57,480 nt of DNA, taken from Octopus bimaculoides. Lineage: Eukaryota. The translations under genes were made by a program, and so were the position numbers. Positions 1-11,883 of this stretch are shown here, in pieces. Under the pieces are notes generated by a model. It was not told the origin of the DNA. It did not search any database and saw only the letters and a list, made by a program, of their open reading frames with translations. The DNA lies in the NCBI RefSeq assembly GCF_001194135.2, contig NC_068984.1:132701446-132758925 (forward strand), written 5' to 3'. Each line of letters opens with the position of its first letter. Within the stretch, counting starts at the first letter, position 1.

Positions 1-27
1 AAACGATGATGATGATGATGATGATAT

Positions 28-1172
28 ATCATCATCATCATTGTTTAACTTCCGCTTTCCATGCTAGCATGGGTTGGATGATTTGACTGAGGACTGGCGA
101 ACCAGATAGCTGCACCAGGCTCCAATCTGATCTGGCAGAGTTTCTACAGCTGGATGCTCTTCCTAACGCCAACCACTCCGAAAGTGTAGTGGGTGCTTTT
201 ACGTGCCACCGGCACGACGGCCAGTCAGGCGGTTCTGGCAACGGCCATGCTCAAAAGTGTTTTTTACATGCCACTTGCACAGGAGCCAGTCCAGCAGCAC
301 TGGTAACAACCTCACTCAAATGTTTTTTCATGTGCCACCGGCACAAGTGCCAGTAAAGCAACACTGGTAACGGTCACTCTCAAATGGTGCTTTTTACGTG
401 TCACCAACATGGAAGCCAGACAGCTGCTTTGGCAATGATCCCACTCGGATGGTGCTGTGAGCGCTCCTCTGGCATGGGTGCCTGTCAGTGAATCTGGTTC
501 AATTTCTTTTTCACTTGCCCCAACAGGTCTTTGCAAGCAAAGTTTAGTGTCCAAGGATGGAAAGGTATGCATAAGTGGGCTGGCTACACCCCTGGTAAAG
601 GCCACGGGTTATGGTCTTACTTATTTTGCCGGGTCTTCTCACACACAGCATATTTCCAAAGGACTCGGTCACTAGTCATTGTCTTGGTGAGGCCTAATGT
701 TCGAAGGTCTTGCTTCACTACCTCATCCCAGGTCTACCTCTTCCACAGGTTCCCTCAACCGCTAGGATGTGGCACTTTTTCACACAGCTATCCTCATCTA
801 TTCTCGCCATGTGACCATACCAGCGTAATTGTCTCTCTTGCACACCACAACTGATGCTTCTTAGGTCTAACTTTTCTCTCAAGGTACTTACACTCTGTCG
901 AGTATGCACACTGACATTACACATCTATCAGAACATACTGACTTCGTTTTTTGCGAGCTTACGCATGTCCTCAGCAGTCACGGCCCATGTTTCACTGCCA
1001 TGTAGCATGGCTGTTCATACACATGCGTCATACAGTTTGCCTTTTACTCTGAGCAAGAGGCCCTTTGTCACCAGCAGAGGTAAGGGCTCTCTGAACTTTG
1101 CCCAGACTATTCTTATTCTAGCAGCTACACTTTCAGTGTACGCTCCCCCGCTACTGACTTGGTCACCTAGGT
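28..1172 (-). mobile_element. 5'-truncated RTE-clade LINE (RT C-terminus, 3' UTR and (GAT)n tail)
   Basis: Minus strand reads VVDSFCYLGDQV...ARIRIVWAKF...GKLYDACV...HGSETWAVT...LRWYGHMARIDEDSCVKKC...GRGRP (RTE RT C-terminal motifs, with stops/frameshifts), then 3' UTR ending CATGGAAAGCGGA-GTTAAAC(GAT)n. Confidence 0.9.
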
Positions 1173-1516
1173 AACAGAAGCTATCAACTACTNNNNNNNN
1201 NNTATTCTAGCAGCTACACTTTCAGCGCCCCCTCCCCCACTACTGACTTGGTATCTAGGTAACGGAATCTATCAACTACTAGTTTTTCTCCCTGGAATGT
1301 GGCAGAAGTTGTTCTCTGCACAATTTCAGTGTTTATTGCTCCTGAGCATCTGCCACTTACAAAAATTATCTTCCCAGTTAGCCTTCCTTTGATATTACTG
1401 CACCTCTTATGTGTCTATAGCTTACACTGGGTACATCTTATAGAGTTTCTACCTATGCCTTTCCTACAGATTGAGCAGGGCCATCTACCTGAAGGGGTAT
1501 ATATATATATATATAT

Positions 1517-2075
1517 ATCATCATCATCATCGTTTAACGTCCGCTTTCCATGCTAGCATGGGTTGGACAATTTGACTGAGGACTGGTGAAACCGGATGGC
1601 AACACCAGGCTCCAATCTGATTTGGCAGAGTTTCTACAGCTGGATGCCCTTCCTAACGCCAACCACTCAGCGAGTGTAGTGGGTGCTTTTACGTGTCACC
1701 CGCACGAAGGCCAGTCAGGCGGTACTGGCAACGGCCACACTCAAAATGGTGTATTTTATGTGCCACCCACAGCGTCTGCTTTCCATGCTATTATGGGTTG
1801 GACGATTTGACTGAGGACTAGTTCACCAGATGGCTACACCAGGCTCCAATCTGATTTGGCAGAGTTTCTACAGCTGGATGCCCTTCCTAACGCCAACCAC
1901 TCCGGGAGTGTAGTCGGTGTTTTTATGTGCCACTGGCACGAAGGCCAGTCAGGCAATACTGGCAACGGCCACGCTCAAAATGGTGTATTTTAAGTGCCAC
2001 CTGCACAAGAGCCAGTACAGCGGCAGTGTCAACGATCTCGATCGAATATCTTTACACGTGCCACCAGCACAAGTG
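1517..2075 (-). mobile_element. Two tandem RTE 3'-end copies next to a (TA)n tract
   Basis: (ATC)n-GTTTAACGTCCGCTTTCCATGCTAGCATGGGTTGGAC... at 1517; the same terminal block restarts at about 1772. Confidence 0.85.
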
Positions 2076-2649
2076 TCAGGAAGGCGACGCTATTATATTA
2101 AATATAACAATTTGTCCACGCAATCCTCCCAGCCCTTCCCTCATGAGAAATTGTTCTGAACCATATCCAAACGAATGTATTCTCATGGAAAACATTCGAC
2201 AAAAAAACATGAACATCACAACACAGTTCTTCACCAGCTTTACATATATGTCAATGATTTGTATCTAGTTAAAGTAATCAGTATTTATTCAAAATATAAA
2301 TAAAATTTGCCAAATAAACTAATCATTAGTTTTCTAGTAAGTCTAAGAGAGGCAAAATGGGATGTGATGGTTATATCTTTTTTGATGATGTTAACAATGT
2401 AAAATTGTTTTAAGAGACACTAATAAAGGGGTTAGGAATTTGGATGGTTGAGGTTATATTTTATGTTTTACAGTAATTTGGCAGTTTAATATGTTCACTT
2501 GAAGCTTCAGATATATGGCAAAGTGAAAATAAAACAAAAGAATTCATTGATATTTATATAGGAAGAGAAAAAGTAATATAGAAAATAGAAACTAAGTTGT
2601 GGATTCGGCATGTCGAGAACCTGTCTATGTTTCACAAATTTAATAAGAA

Positions 2650-2692
2650 CCGCCATTTTCAATTCTTGGAATGCGGCTGTAATCACGTGACT
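2650..2692 (+). promoter_or_regulatory. Putative promoter of the AT-hook gene (YY1-like and E-box motifs)
   Basis: CCGCCATTTT (2650-2659, YY1 consensus CCGCCATNTT) and TCACGTGAC (2683-2691, USF/MiT-type E-box) in a locally CpG-containing stretch ahead of a GA-rich leader and a splice donor. Confidence 0.5.
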
Positions 2693-2699
2693 GCCAAGG

Positions 2700-2918
2700 G
2701 AGGCAAGCTCGAGACTGTGCTGTATAAAGAGAGTAGATTGATTCTTTCTTTTTCTTTTTATCATCGAGAGGTCGAGGAAAGAAAGAAGAGAGAAAGAGAG
2801 TGACTGAGTGAGCGGGAAGCGAAATATAAAGAGAGAGAGAGGGTGACTGCTTTTGCCGCGTGGTTTATTCATATCACCCACCAGTGTTTCTTTCACTGAG
2901 AGCGATCTCTTCCTTGAG
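2700..2918 (+). other. Putative non-coding first exon (5' UTR) of the AT-hook gene
   Basis: GA-rich leader ending CTTGAG|GTATGT (donor at 2919); start position approximate. Confidence 0.55.
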
Positions 2919-3886
2919 GTATGTGCATTGAAGTTGAAAGAAAAAAATGATAGTACATGAACGATTTATATATGTTTTTAAATTGAAATTTTATTTTAAT
3001 TTCTTTTGTTCGAAAAATAATCCTCACTTAAATCCGGAATACGGCTATATATATGTATATATATATATATGTATGTTTCAATGTGCACAGTTTTGCAAGA
3101 AACGTGCTTGTTGTTTGTTAAGAATAGTTCTGTGTTGCTTTATTCTCTTAATACAGTTAACCATTTTTCTGCTATGTAGAGAATACCTTCGGCCTAAATT
3201 TCGCACTGCCCCCGAAACAGCTATGCAAAAATTAGAGAAAAAACAGCTGGTCACAAAATAGTGATCGACTTTTAACACAAAACATTGGCTAAACTGATCC
3301 CTCATTTAATATTTCAGCTCTTCATCTTTTTTTTCTTTCTCACATTTCCCCAGACTTGCTTTTCTTTTGTTTGCGTTCTTGTTTCTTTTTGTTCATTTTC
3401 TATTCCTTTGTTATTTCGATATTTAATCTTTCTTTCTTGAAACTTTTTTTTTAAAATTTAACTTTTTTAAAGTTTTATATAAAACAAATTTTATTTTTAA
3501 TTTTTTTTTATCTTGGTGATTTATATTTGCCCAAAATATTTTAAAATATCTGTTATTGCAAACGTCTGATGTAGAATGAGATTTGGTTATAATTAACATT
3601 TTCAAAATATTTTAATTGTTGTCTAATCTAATTATTTACTATTAGTCTTTATCAGTTTCAGTCATGTCGTCATGAAGATGCTAAGTTTCAAACAATACAG
3701 AATCAGAAACTTGCCCAATTAGTAAAACTAACTTTACTGCAATAAACACCAACCCTCTAGCTTTCGTATTCCAAAACTTTTTCGAATACCAACAAAATAA
3801 ACTTCTAAAATTGCTTTACATTGTATTGGTGTTTTCATATATAAATTTCTTAGCATTTCCAACACTTTTTCCTTGTTTTATTACAG

Positions 3887-3903
3887 GGATAGAGCACCTA
3901 GAA
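3887..3903 (+). other. Possible 17-nt 5' UTR micro-exon
   Basis: TTTTTCCTTGTTTTATTACAG|GGATAGAGCACCTAGAA|GTAATT. Confidence 0.35.
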
Positions 3904-4099
3904 GTAATTTTTTTTTATTTTTTGATATTAATGGCGCCTTTGCAGTCATCTCGTCGCAAAATAGGTATTTAGGGTCTTCTTGTAAATCAATTAAATTTTT
4001 ATTATAGATTTATATTTTGCATATTTTATTTAAGGAAATTATTCATTTTTTGTATGATTTATATTTTATAGATATTTAATTACACTTTATTTGTAAATT

Positions 4100-4285
4100 T
4101 GGGCGATCTTAGAGTATAACGTACCGGGGTGGAGGCAAAAAATCTGTGCGAAATATTGAGAGTTGTCTTCTCTTAATTGCGCCGAGGTTGACTTTGCATT
4201 TCATCTTAAAAGAGTTTATTCAGGTATTTGTACAATAGAGCCATGTGTACGGTTGTTTTTTCTCCGCCCCTTCTCGCGGGAGAAA
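4100..4285 (+). promoter_or_regulatory. Possible alternative promoter / first exon of the AT-hook gene
   Basis: CpG-containing patch, donor ATTCAG|GTATTT at 4223/4224, GC box CCGCCCC (4264-4270) and TCTCGCGGGA (4272-4281). Confidence 0.35.
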
Positions 4286-4424
4286 ACTCATTAGTAATTT
4301 ATTAGTTTCCACTTTTCTGCTCTTTCCTCGACCACCAGTTATTTTTTTTATGTTAAGTTTTGTTTTCTACATCGACAGCATCTCAACTCATCAGATTTGA
4401 ATCGTTTATAGCTTCAATGAATTA

Positions 4425-4702
4425 TCTATATATATATATATATATAAAGATGAGAATGTGTGTCTGTGTGAATCCCTAAAACTTGAGAACTACACAACCA
4501 ATTTCATTCAAATTTTACACATGCCTTAGGGTCCATATAGTGTCAGGCCAAAAAAAATTTGCTAATTTTTCAGATTAACACCAGCACGATCTTCACTAGG
4601 GTTTTAGGGTTACGGTTAGTGACGGAATTCCCTAACACCATAATGAAAATCGTGCGGGTGTTAATCTGAAAAAATTACCAAAATTTTTCACTTCTTGCCT
4701 AG
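4425..4702 (+). mobile_element. Non-autonomous Helitron-like element with a long subterminal hairpin
   Basis: A|TC(TA)n start and CTAG|T end (inserted between A4424 and T4703); about 45-bp inverted repeat (4551-4598 vs 4641-4688) ending about 10 nt before CTAG. Confidence 0.65.
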
Positions 4703-4753
4703 TACGAGCCCAGATCAATATCATATCTCCTTCACTATTTCAGTATTACTTGT

Positions 4754-4834
4754 CAAAAGTGAATAATAGTCAGATATTTTCAAAAGTGAATAATAGTCAG
4801 ATATTTTCAAAAGTGAATAATAGTCAGATATTTT
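4754..4834. repeat. Three perfect tandem copies of a 27-bp unit
   Basis: CAAAAGTGAATAATAGTCAGATATTTT starting at 4754, 4781 and 4808. Confidence 0.95.
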
Positions 4835-4944
4835 CACTTTAATATTGAAACTTTTAAAGTGAAACTATTATCTCACATATATACAGGCATACATACATAT
4901 ATATAATATGTATATTATGTGTATATATATGTATACATCTGCAC

Positions 4945-5363
4945 AGACCTGTTGAGGCAAGTGAAATCGAACTAAATTCGACGACTGGCACCCATGCCAA
5001 CGTCGTCTCCCTCATTGGACACGAAACTCAGCTTGCGAAGACTTATTGGGGCAAGCGAAAGCGAAATTGTGATGGCACCTGTGCTCAGCGTCGCCTTTCT
5101 GGCATTTGTGCGGGTGGCACATAAAATACACCATTTTGAGCGTGGCCGTTGCCAGTACCGCCTGACTGGCCTTCGTACGGGTGACACGTAAAAGCACCCA
5201 CTACACTCTCTGAGTGGTTGGCGTTAGGAAGGGCATCCAGCTGTAGAAACCATGCCAAATCAGATTGGAGCCTGGTGTAGCCATCTGGTTTCACCAGTCC
5301 TCAGTCAAATCGTCCAACCCATGCTAGCATGGAAAGCGGACGTTAAACGACGATGATGATGAT
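4945..5363 (+). mobile_element. RTE 3' UTR copy with (GAT)n tail
   Basis: Ends CATGCTAGCATGGAAAGCGGACGTTAAACGACGATGATGAT, followed by (TA)n(GA)n. Confidence 0.9.
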
Positions 5364-5473
5364 ATATATATAGAGAGAGAGAGATGTATATGTATACATG
5401 CATATATATAGATGTATACATCTATATATATATATATACATGCATACATATATACACCCACACACATATACAT

Positions 5474-5757
5474 AGGTGCAGGTGTGAATGTGTGGTAAGA
5501 AACTAGGTTCCAAAACATGGTCCTGGGTTCAGTACCATTGTGTGGTAACTTGGCATGTGTCTTGACCAACCAAAGCCTTGTGAGTGGATTTTGTAGACAG
5601 AAACTGAAAGAAATCAATCGTATATATATGTAAGTGTATGTGTGTCTTTGTCTCTGTGTTTCTCCCTCATCACTACTTGACAACTGCTTTTCGTATATTT
5701 ACATCCCCATAACTTACTGGTTTGACATGAAGAAACTGATAGAATAAGTACCAGGCA
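5474..5757 (+). mobile_element. tRNA-derived SINE, family B (diverged)
   Basis: GTGTGGTAAG...GGTTCAGTACC head and CAAAGCCTTGTGAGTGGATTT...GAAACTGAAAGAA core shared with the 7596 copy. Confidence 0.7.
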
Positions 5758-5854
5758 TATCAAAATAAAAAAAAGCACTAGGCACTGTCTCATATTTTTG
5801 TTTGCCCACTCAGTTGTATCTATCTATCAATCTATCTTTGTGTGTGTATATATG

Positions 5855-5930
5855 TTGCCATCCGGTTTCGCCAGTCCTCAGTCAAGTCGTCCAACCCATG
5901 CTAGCATGGAAAGCGGACGTTAAACGATGA

Positions 5931-5987
<57 letters not shown>
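5855..5987 (+). mobile_element. Short RTE 3' terminal fragment running into a long (TA)n
   Basis: GCCATCCGGTTTCGCCAGTCCTCAGTCAAGTCGTCCAACCCATGCTAGCATGG...GATGATGAT(AT)n. Confidence 0.85.
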
Positions 5988-5990
<3 letters not shown>

Positions 5991-7412
5991 CACATCATGC
6001 ATATGTATATGTGCATATTCATATCTATTATATGGTGAGGAATCCTACATTGGAGAGTAGTAACGACTAGGATAGGGTAGCTGACTGCTTATTGTGATCA
6101 TTCTTCTTTTGGTTTCCTGCAGCCTTGCTCTCTTTTACAAACCCAGTGAACATACATATATTTCCTGTTTCAAAGAAATTCGAACAATACATATAAGATC
6201 CAAATTAAAAAAGATTCTCAACAATTCAACTTCTCTGGTTGACATTAAGACCCCCCCCCCCAATAGGAGCCTTAACTCCCACATTTTAGAGCTCCATGAC
6301 CTCCATTTTTCAGGAGCAAAATCCTTTTAATAGGTTCCATAAGACTGGAATTTTGGAATCTGCACATAAAGATCAGTAGTATGGGATACATGTGTCATGA
6401 TTAGAATTTTTTGCAATTGACTAGTCCTCTCCCACTAAATTTCAGGACTTGTGCCTTTAGTAAAAAGGGTTATTATTATTAAGAAGGCTGGGAACTGGCA
6501 GAACCTGTGGTATACCAAACAAAATGCTTAGCAACATTTCTTTCAACTTCTAGTCCTCTACCCCTAAATTTCAGGCATTAAGGTCACTATGTGGCAGAAT
6601 TGTTGATGCATGAGACAAAATGCTTGTGGCACTTCTTTTGACTTTTTACACTGAAATTCCACTGTGTCCAACTGCTACTTAAGAATTGATGAGTTAGCAG
6701 TTGTTAGAGCATAAGAAAATAAGTGCCCTGTGGTATTTTGTGTGTGTGTGTGTGTGTAGGGGCTTTCTATTCCTTTTCATCCTTTTGTAGATGAAAAGTG
6801 TCTGTCTGTCTGTCTAGAGTGTTGCATGAGATGGTATAATATTTGCTCCAGCTCTTTCCATTCTGAGTCTGTGAGTGGCTTAATACCACCACCTGGCACT
6901 TTGGGTGCCTGTTGAAGGCATTTGGGTTAGGGCATCTGCTTGGGAATAACATCCCACCAGTCTTTAGATTCTCTGAAAATAAAAGTGGTTACAGTCACTG
7001 CCCTTCCTTCCTTGACAAAATGGTTAAAAAAAAAAAAAAGAAGAAATTCAAGGCAATTGGATATTGAACCTTAATTGATTTTATGATCACTTTGATCAGC
7101 TTATTTGGTAGTAATTTGAATAAATGTCAGATAGATGATACCTCAAGAAAAAAATCATTAAATTTTTTGAGCTAGCTGATATTTATTATTTAAATCTCAA
7201 AGCTTTGTGATAATGCATGATTAATTCAGAAGAATGTAAATAAAGAAATACTTGCATTTGACAGTAATCTGAATGTTTTTCTTGATTACTTAAAAAAATG
7301 TGCTAGAAATAGACAGTTTTTAAAAAAAATATTTATATTATTGTATGTGTGTTGTGTAGCATGGTGCTGAGATTAATCTGCATTGTTTACTGAGTTTTGT
7401 GATTCTTAACAG

Positions 7413-7446
7413 ATCGCAGCTCAGTTGTGTGAACTAGCAAAAGAGG
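7413..7446 (+). other. Possible 34-nt 5' UTR exon of the AT-hook gene
   Basis: TTCTTAACAG|ATCGCAGC...AAAGAGG|GTAATT. Confidence 0.35.
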
Positions 7447-7595
7447 GTAATTTCAGTGCTGTAATAATTATACTTTCCTTCCGTCTTGACAACTTCTGTG
7501 TATGTATAGATATGTGTATACGTGTATGATATACATATTTAAGAAAGTGTGCCCACCTTCTCCCTCTTTTTATTTTGTAAATAGTTATTGATTAT

Positions 7596-7762
7596 AGGCG
7601 CAGGAGTGGCTGTGTGGTAAGTAGCTTGCTTACCAACCACATGGTTCCGGTTCAGTCCCACTGCGTGGCACCTTGGGCAAGTGTCTTCTACTATAGCCTC
7701 GGCTGACCAAAGCCTTGTGAGTGGATTTGTTAGACGGAAACTGAAAGAAGCCCGTCGTATAA

Positions 7763-7808
<46 letters not shown>

Positions 7809-7965
7809 ATATGTTTGTCAGTCTGTGTTTGTCCCCCCCAACATCGCTTAACGACCGATAGAATAAGTACTAGGCTTACAAAGAATAAGTTCTGGGGTCG
7901 ATTTGATTCGACTAAAGGCAGTGCTCCAGCATTGCCGCAGTCAAATGACTGAAACAAGTAAAAGA
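7596..7965 (+). mobile_element. tRNA-derived SINE, family B (near full length, internal microsatellite)
   Basis: A-box-like GTGGCTGTGTGGTAAG, B-box-like GGTTCAGTCCC, core, internal (TA)n/(TG)n, and 3' tail ...GACTGAAACAAGTAAAAGAG. Confidence 0.85.
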
Positions 7966-8669
7966 GATTGCTTTGTTGCTATCACAGTGCTGAGTCTCTG
8001 TTCTTCACGTTTCTGCCTCTTCCAGTCTTCCTCTTCCTTTTATCTTCTCTCTCTCTCACTGCTTTACAACTATCACATCCTGTTGCTTTCCCCCTGCTTC
8101 TCTCTATCATTGTCTTCCTCTCTGTTACTCTTACTAATACTTCTTATGTTGATCTGCTTCTTTCCTCTTTCTCTCTTTGTACTATTAATTTCTCTTCTTA
8201 TCTCTTTTACTCTCCATTTCTCTTATCTTTTTACGTCTTTCACTGCTGCTCTCTTGCCTCTTCATTCTTTGCCAATTTCTTTTGATTGTATAAGTGGGGA
8301 GTAACATTTTATGGATGTCAGTTCAAACTACAGTCATGACCAAATGTATCTTTTTTTATTAATGATTTGCAAAACATGAAGAACGGATTTGTAAGCGAAA
8401 TTCAAGAAGTATGATTTTTAAACATATAAAGGCAGTTGTAAATAATTTTGCAAATGTGGGGCTCTTGGTGCATTAATTGTGAAAATGTAAATGGGAAGAT
8501 GAGTGAGAGAAAAGGAAACTGAAAGAGTGGAAAGGATATTGATAGCCCATGCAAAGAAGTGCCATGTCAAGTTTCAAGTGTTAGTTTCAAATTTAGAATA
8601 TTCATGCCATTAGAATGCATGTAGATGCAGTGAGGTTGCTTTGGAGAACCACATAACAAAAGCAGTGTC

Positions 8670-10690
8670 ATTCTGAGATGCTAAGATAACTCAAAAATAT
8701 GAGACGTAGATCCTGTGATACACTCGATATTCTCTTTATATCAACAAAGATAGCTCATCCTTTTGGAAAACGATAGGCCAGCTCAAATTGAAGACATGTT
8801 CTCATAGTCGGAGCTTTCCAATTAAAGCTGAAAAAGACTGTGGATTTGATTACTAAATGCAAAACATTTGGTCCTCACAATGATCACATGTATACTGTAG
8901 AGTGGCAAAAGGACGTTTGCAACATGTGCAATCAAACTAATTCCATTGTATCAGCAAAGCTTTGGGACGTTAGCAGGGACAGAATTTTCTTCAATATTGT
9001 TAAAACCCAGATAGTTCATGGTCCTTGTAGTGTGCTCAGCAGGAATTCACATTGCATGTTGCATGGAAGATAACTGGTTTCCAAGACCATTTGTGAAGGA
9101 GACTCAAACGGTTGAAGAACATCAAAGGCTGGAAGCTTCCAAACTTTGGTTGGATGGCATGAAATTGCTAAGAAATGGGATAGTTACCTACTACCTGCTC
9201 CTACTCTGGACATTTTGAGGCATATATTAATTTTGAGTTCTGCAATTCAATAGAGTCCATCAAATATGTTAGCTAATTTGTAAACAAGTGTTCTGATGAA
9301 ACTAAACAGCTACATTGAAGTTAGCCACTTCTCGCAGGGATAATGCATGAGCAGTAATGTTTTCTGGGGTTTATTGTTTTTTTTTTGTTGCCTTTCCCCT
9401 TCATGAAAGATCCCTCAGGATGCAACTGCTATAGCCACTGGGTTTACATTGCACCAGCAACTACTGCACTACAAGCAGAGCATCCAAGGGACATGTTGGT
9501 ATGATCCTCTTGCATTTTATTAGACATGAAACAATGTATGGTAATGAAAGCAAGTTAGATACCCAACTGAAGACCAACCTGATACGTTTTGATGATGCCA
9601 TTGGAAGAGTTTATACTGTACATCCCTGAGAAGTCATAATATACAATTTCTCAGGGATACATAGTTCACACTCTTCTAGGTTCTTTTCAAGATCTCTGAA
9701 CTTTCAATGGTGAAATATGCACCACTTACAGGAAGGTATGCTTTTACATACATTTCTGAAACTGGTCTGTGTGCAAAGACGTCTGGGGATTACTGGACAA
9801 GAGCCTTAGTGATGCACTTGGTTGTAACATTGCCAAGAATTTAGGAACTGGAGAGTTTTTGTTAAGGTCTTGAATGAATGCATAATAGTACACAAGAGTT
9901 TTGGAGGCTTTAAACAGGGCAACATTCCAGACTAGAATGAAAATAGATCTCAAATAAGAATAGCAGTGATGTCAGGTGATTTCTATGATATTGTTTGTGA
10001 TGCTAAAAGGAGCCAAAGCTGATTAACTTTGAGAGTTCTTAAGAGTTTCAGACTGTTTACAAATAAGAAGTTTCATATTTTTGGCAGTCAGTTGTCTAGC
10101 CAGTTTGTGAAAAGTTTCTAACTAGTTGGGGAGGGAAGATTTCCTTTGGGCATTACTGACACTACGACTCAGTTCCTATAAGCACATTTGTTAATACAAC
10201 AAACGAATTGTTATCCAAGCTGTTCCCGAACCAACAACATCTGTTACCTAAAGCATAAATGACAATATGTAGCAGTATCAACCAACAGCTGCTGCAGGCA
10301 CTTTTTTAGAAAGTCAAACCTACAAATCAATATACACTGTTGGGGATCAAGAAGAAATAATTCACTATCATGTGGAATTTCTAGATTGTTTAGAACCCTA
10401 AGTAAGTTACATGTTAATGAAACTACTATTCTCATTGAATGCACCAAAGGAGGTGTGATTTTCCAGTTGTAACATTGCCAAGAATTTAGGAACTGGAGAG
10501 TTTTTAAGAGCTGTCAAATAATTGTCTTGAATGAATGCATAATGGTACATAAGAGTTTTGGAGGCTCTAAACAGGGCAACATTCCAGACTAGAATGAAAA
10601 TGGATCTCAAATAAGAGGAGTAACAGTGATGTCAGGTGACTTCTATCAGATATTGCTTATGGTCCCAAAAGGAGCAAAAGATGTATGTTG
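8670..10690 (+). mobile_element. Degraded autonomous Helitron (Rep and Pif1-like helicase remnants)
   Basis: Fragments: DLITKCKTFG..MYTVEWQK(R)..QHVH (Rep motif), VHGPC..SHCM, FPRPFVKETQT, TCNIAKNLG..IVLNECIM (helicase motif II), SGDFYQIL (motif III), YKSIYTVGDQEEIIHYHVEFLDCLEP. Many stops and frameshifts. Confidence 0.8.
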
Positions 10691-10894
10691 ACTGAATAAG
10701 GTGTTCAATAAAACACACACACGCATAAATGTTCTCAATACATGTGAAAAAAAAAAGTTATTAAATTTTCTAGGTCTCTTGCTGTTTTTATGTTCAAGAC
10801 AATGGCTCTTTGCTGCCTTAGTGAATGTTCAAAAGGAAGTCTCAAGAATTGTGAAGGGATGAATCCACAGCTTCAAATATGCCCATACACAATC

Positions 10895-11157
10895 ATGAGG
10901 TAGTGAGTTCGATTCCTGGACTACGCTGTGTGTTGTGATTTTGAGCAAGACACTTTGTTTCACATTGCTCCATCACTCAGCTTAGAAATGAGTTGTGACG
11001 TCATGGGTGCCAAGCTGTATTGGTCTTTGCCTTTCCCTTGAATGACATCAGTGGCATGGAGAGGGGAGGTTGGTTATGCACAGGCAAATGCTGGTCCTCC
11101 ATAAAACAACCTTGTTCAAACTTGTGCTTCGGAGAGTAACTTTCTAGGTGCAATCAG
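10895..11157 (+). mobile_element. tRNA-derived SINE, family C
   Basis: B-box GAGTTCGATTCC followed by TTGAGCAAGACAC core; a related head/core is seen inverted at about 40940-41277. Confidence 0.6.
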
Positions 11158-11461
11158 AAATTATCCGCACTTTCAGCATAACATACAGATGTGTAACCCT
11201 TTGAATTTTCTGTATCTGTTTTAAAAGCTTTGTTCTTAGCAACAAGAATTTTGTACGTTTACATTACAAGAATTAAAAAAAAGTTTTTAAAAATTTAACA
11301 GAGATTTGAAATAAATTGGCTTAATGGTGGAGCTTGAAGTAGATAAAGCTATAAATAATAGCATGTAGAATATTGTTTTAAAAATACCCCACTTGGATAC
11401 AGAAATGTCAAAGGCTTTTATAGTTATGTATATATCCAAGATACATACACAAACTGTTAAC

Positions 11462-11632
11462 ATCTAATGGAGGCTGATTTTCTATGGCAAGACACCTTCA
11501 CCTGTTTCCAAGCAAGGTAAAATTTCCCCATGGCTGGACATTTTTATGGAAGAGTGGAAACTAGCAACATTGCTTATGTGATAGTGATGCTCATTTACAA
11601 CTACCATATAATGAGACAGGGTAAACAAGCAC
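11462..11632 (-). mobile_element. SINE-like family D (RTE-like tail)
   Basis: CCTGTTTCCAAGCAAGGTAA..TTTCCCCATGGC..ACAT block shared with the 29250, 46940, 48100 and 55420 copies. Confidence 0.7.
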
Positions 11633-11654
11633 ACATGCACATATTTACACAATA

Positions 11655-11812
11655 GGTTTCTTTCAGTTTCGATCTACCAAATCCATTCGCAAGGCTTTAG
11701 TTTGTCTATGGCTATTGTAGAAGACATTTGCCCAATGTGCCATGTAGTGGGACTGAACCTGAGACCACATGGTTCAGAAGTAAGCTTCTTAACCACACAA
11801 TCATGTTCTGGC
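11655..11812 (-). mobile_element. SINE family B head/core
   Basis: TTTCTTTCAGTTTC..CTACCAAATCCA..CAAGGCTTT..GGGACTGAACC..CTTAACCACAC. Confidence 0.75.
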
Positions 11813-11838
11813 AATCTCTCTCTCTCTCTCTCTCTCTC

Positions 11839-11883
<45 letters not shown>

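Noticed and set aside
1173-1285. Apparent tandem duplication of the RT segment across the N gap
   Set aside because: The repeat sits on both sides of a gap; most likely a contig-overlap, haplotype or paralog-join artefact.
2507-3305. ORFs 2507-2896, 2597-2803, 2947-3261 and 3078-3305
   Set aside because: Low-complexity promoter/UTR/intron translations with no recognisable motifs.
3931-3964. ATGGCG...AAAATAG|GTATTT as an upstream coding exon
   Set aside because: Phase 1; splicing to 7413 hits TGA quickly and I found no compatible link to the phase-0 coding exons. At most a uORF.
4388-4400. CTGATGAG (minus strand), and similar hits at 9293 and 21052, as hammerhead ribozyme cores
   Set aside because: No closing stem II with CGAAA and no stems I/III.
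7903-8304. Leu/Ser/Phe-rich ORFs resembling membrane proteins
   Set aside because: Translation of a CT-rich low-complexity tract.
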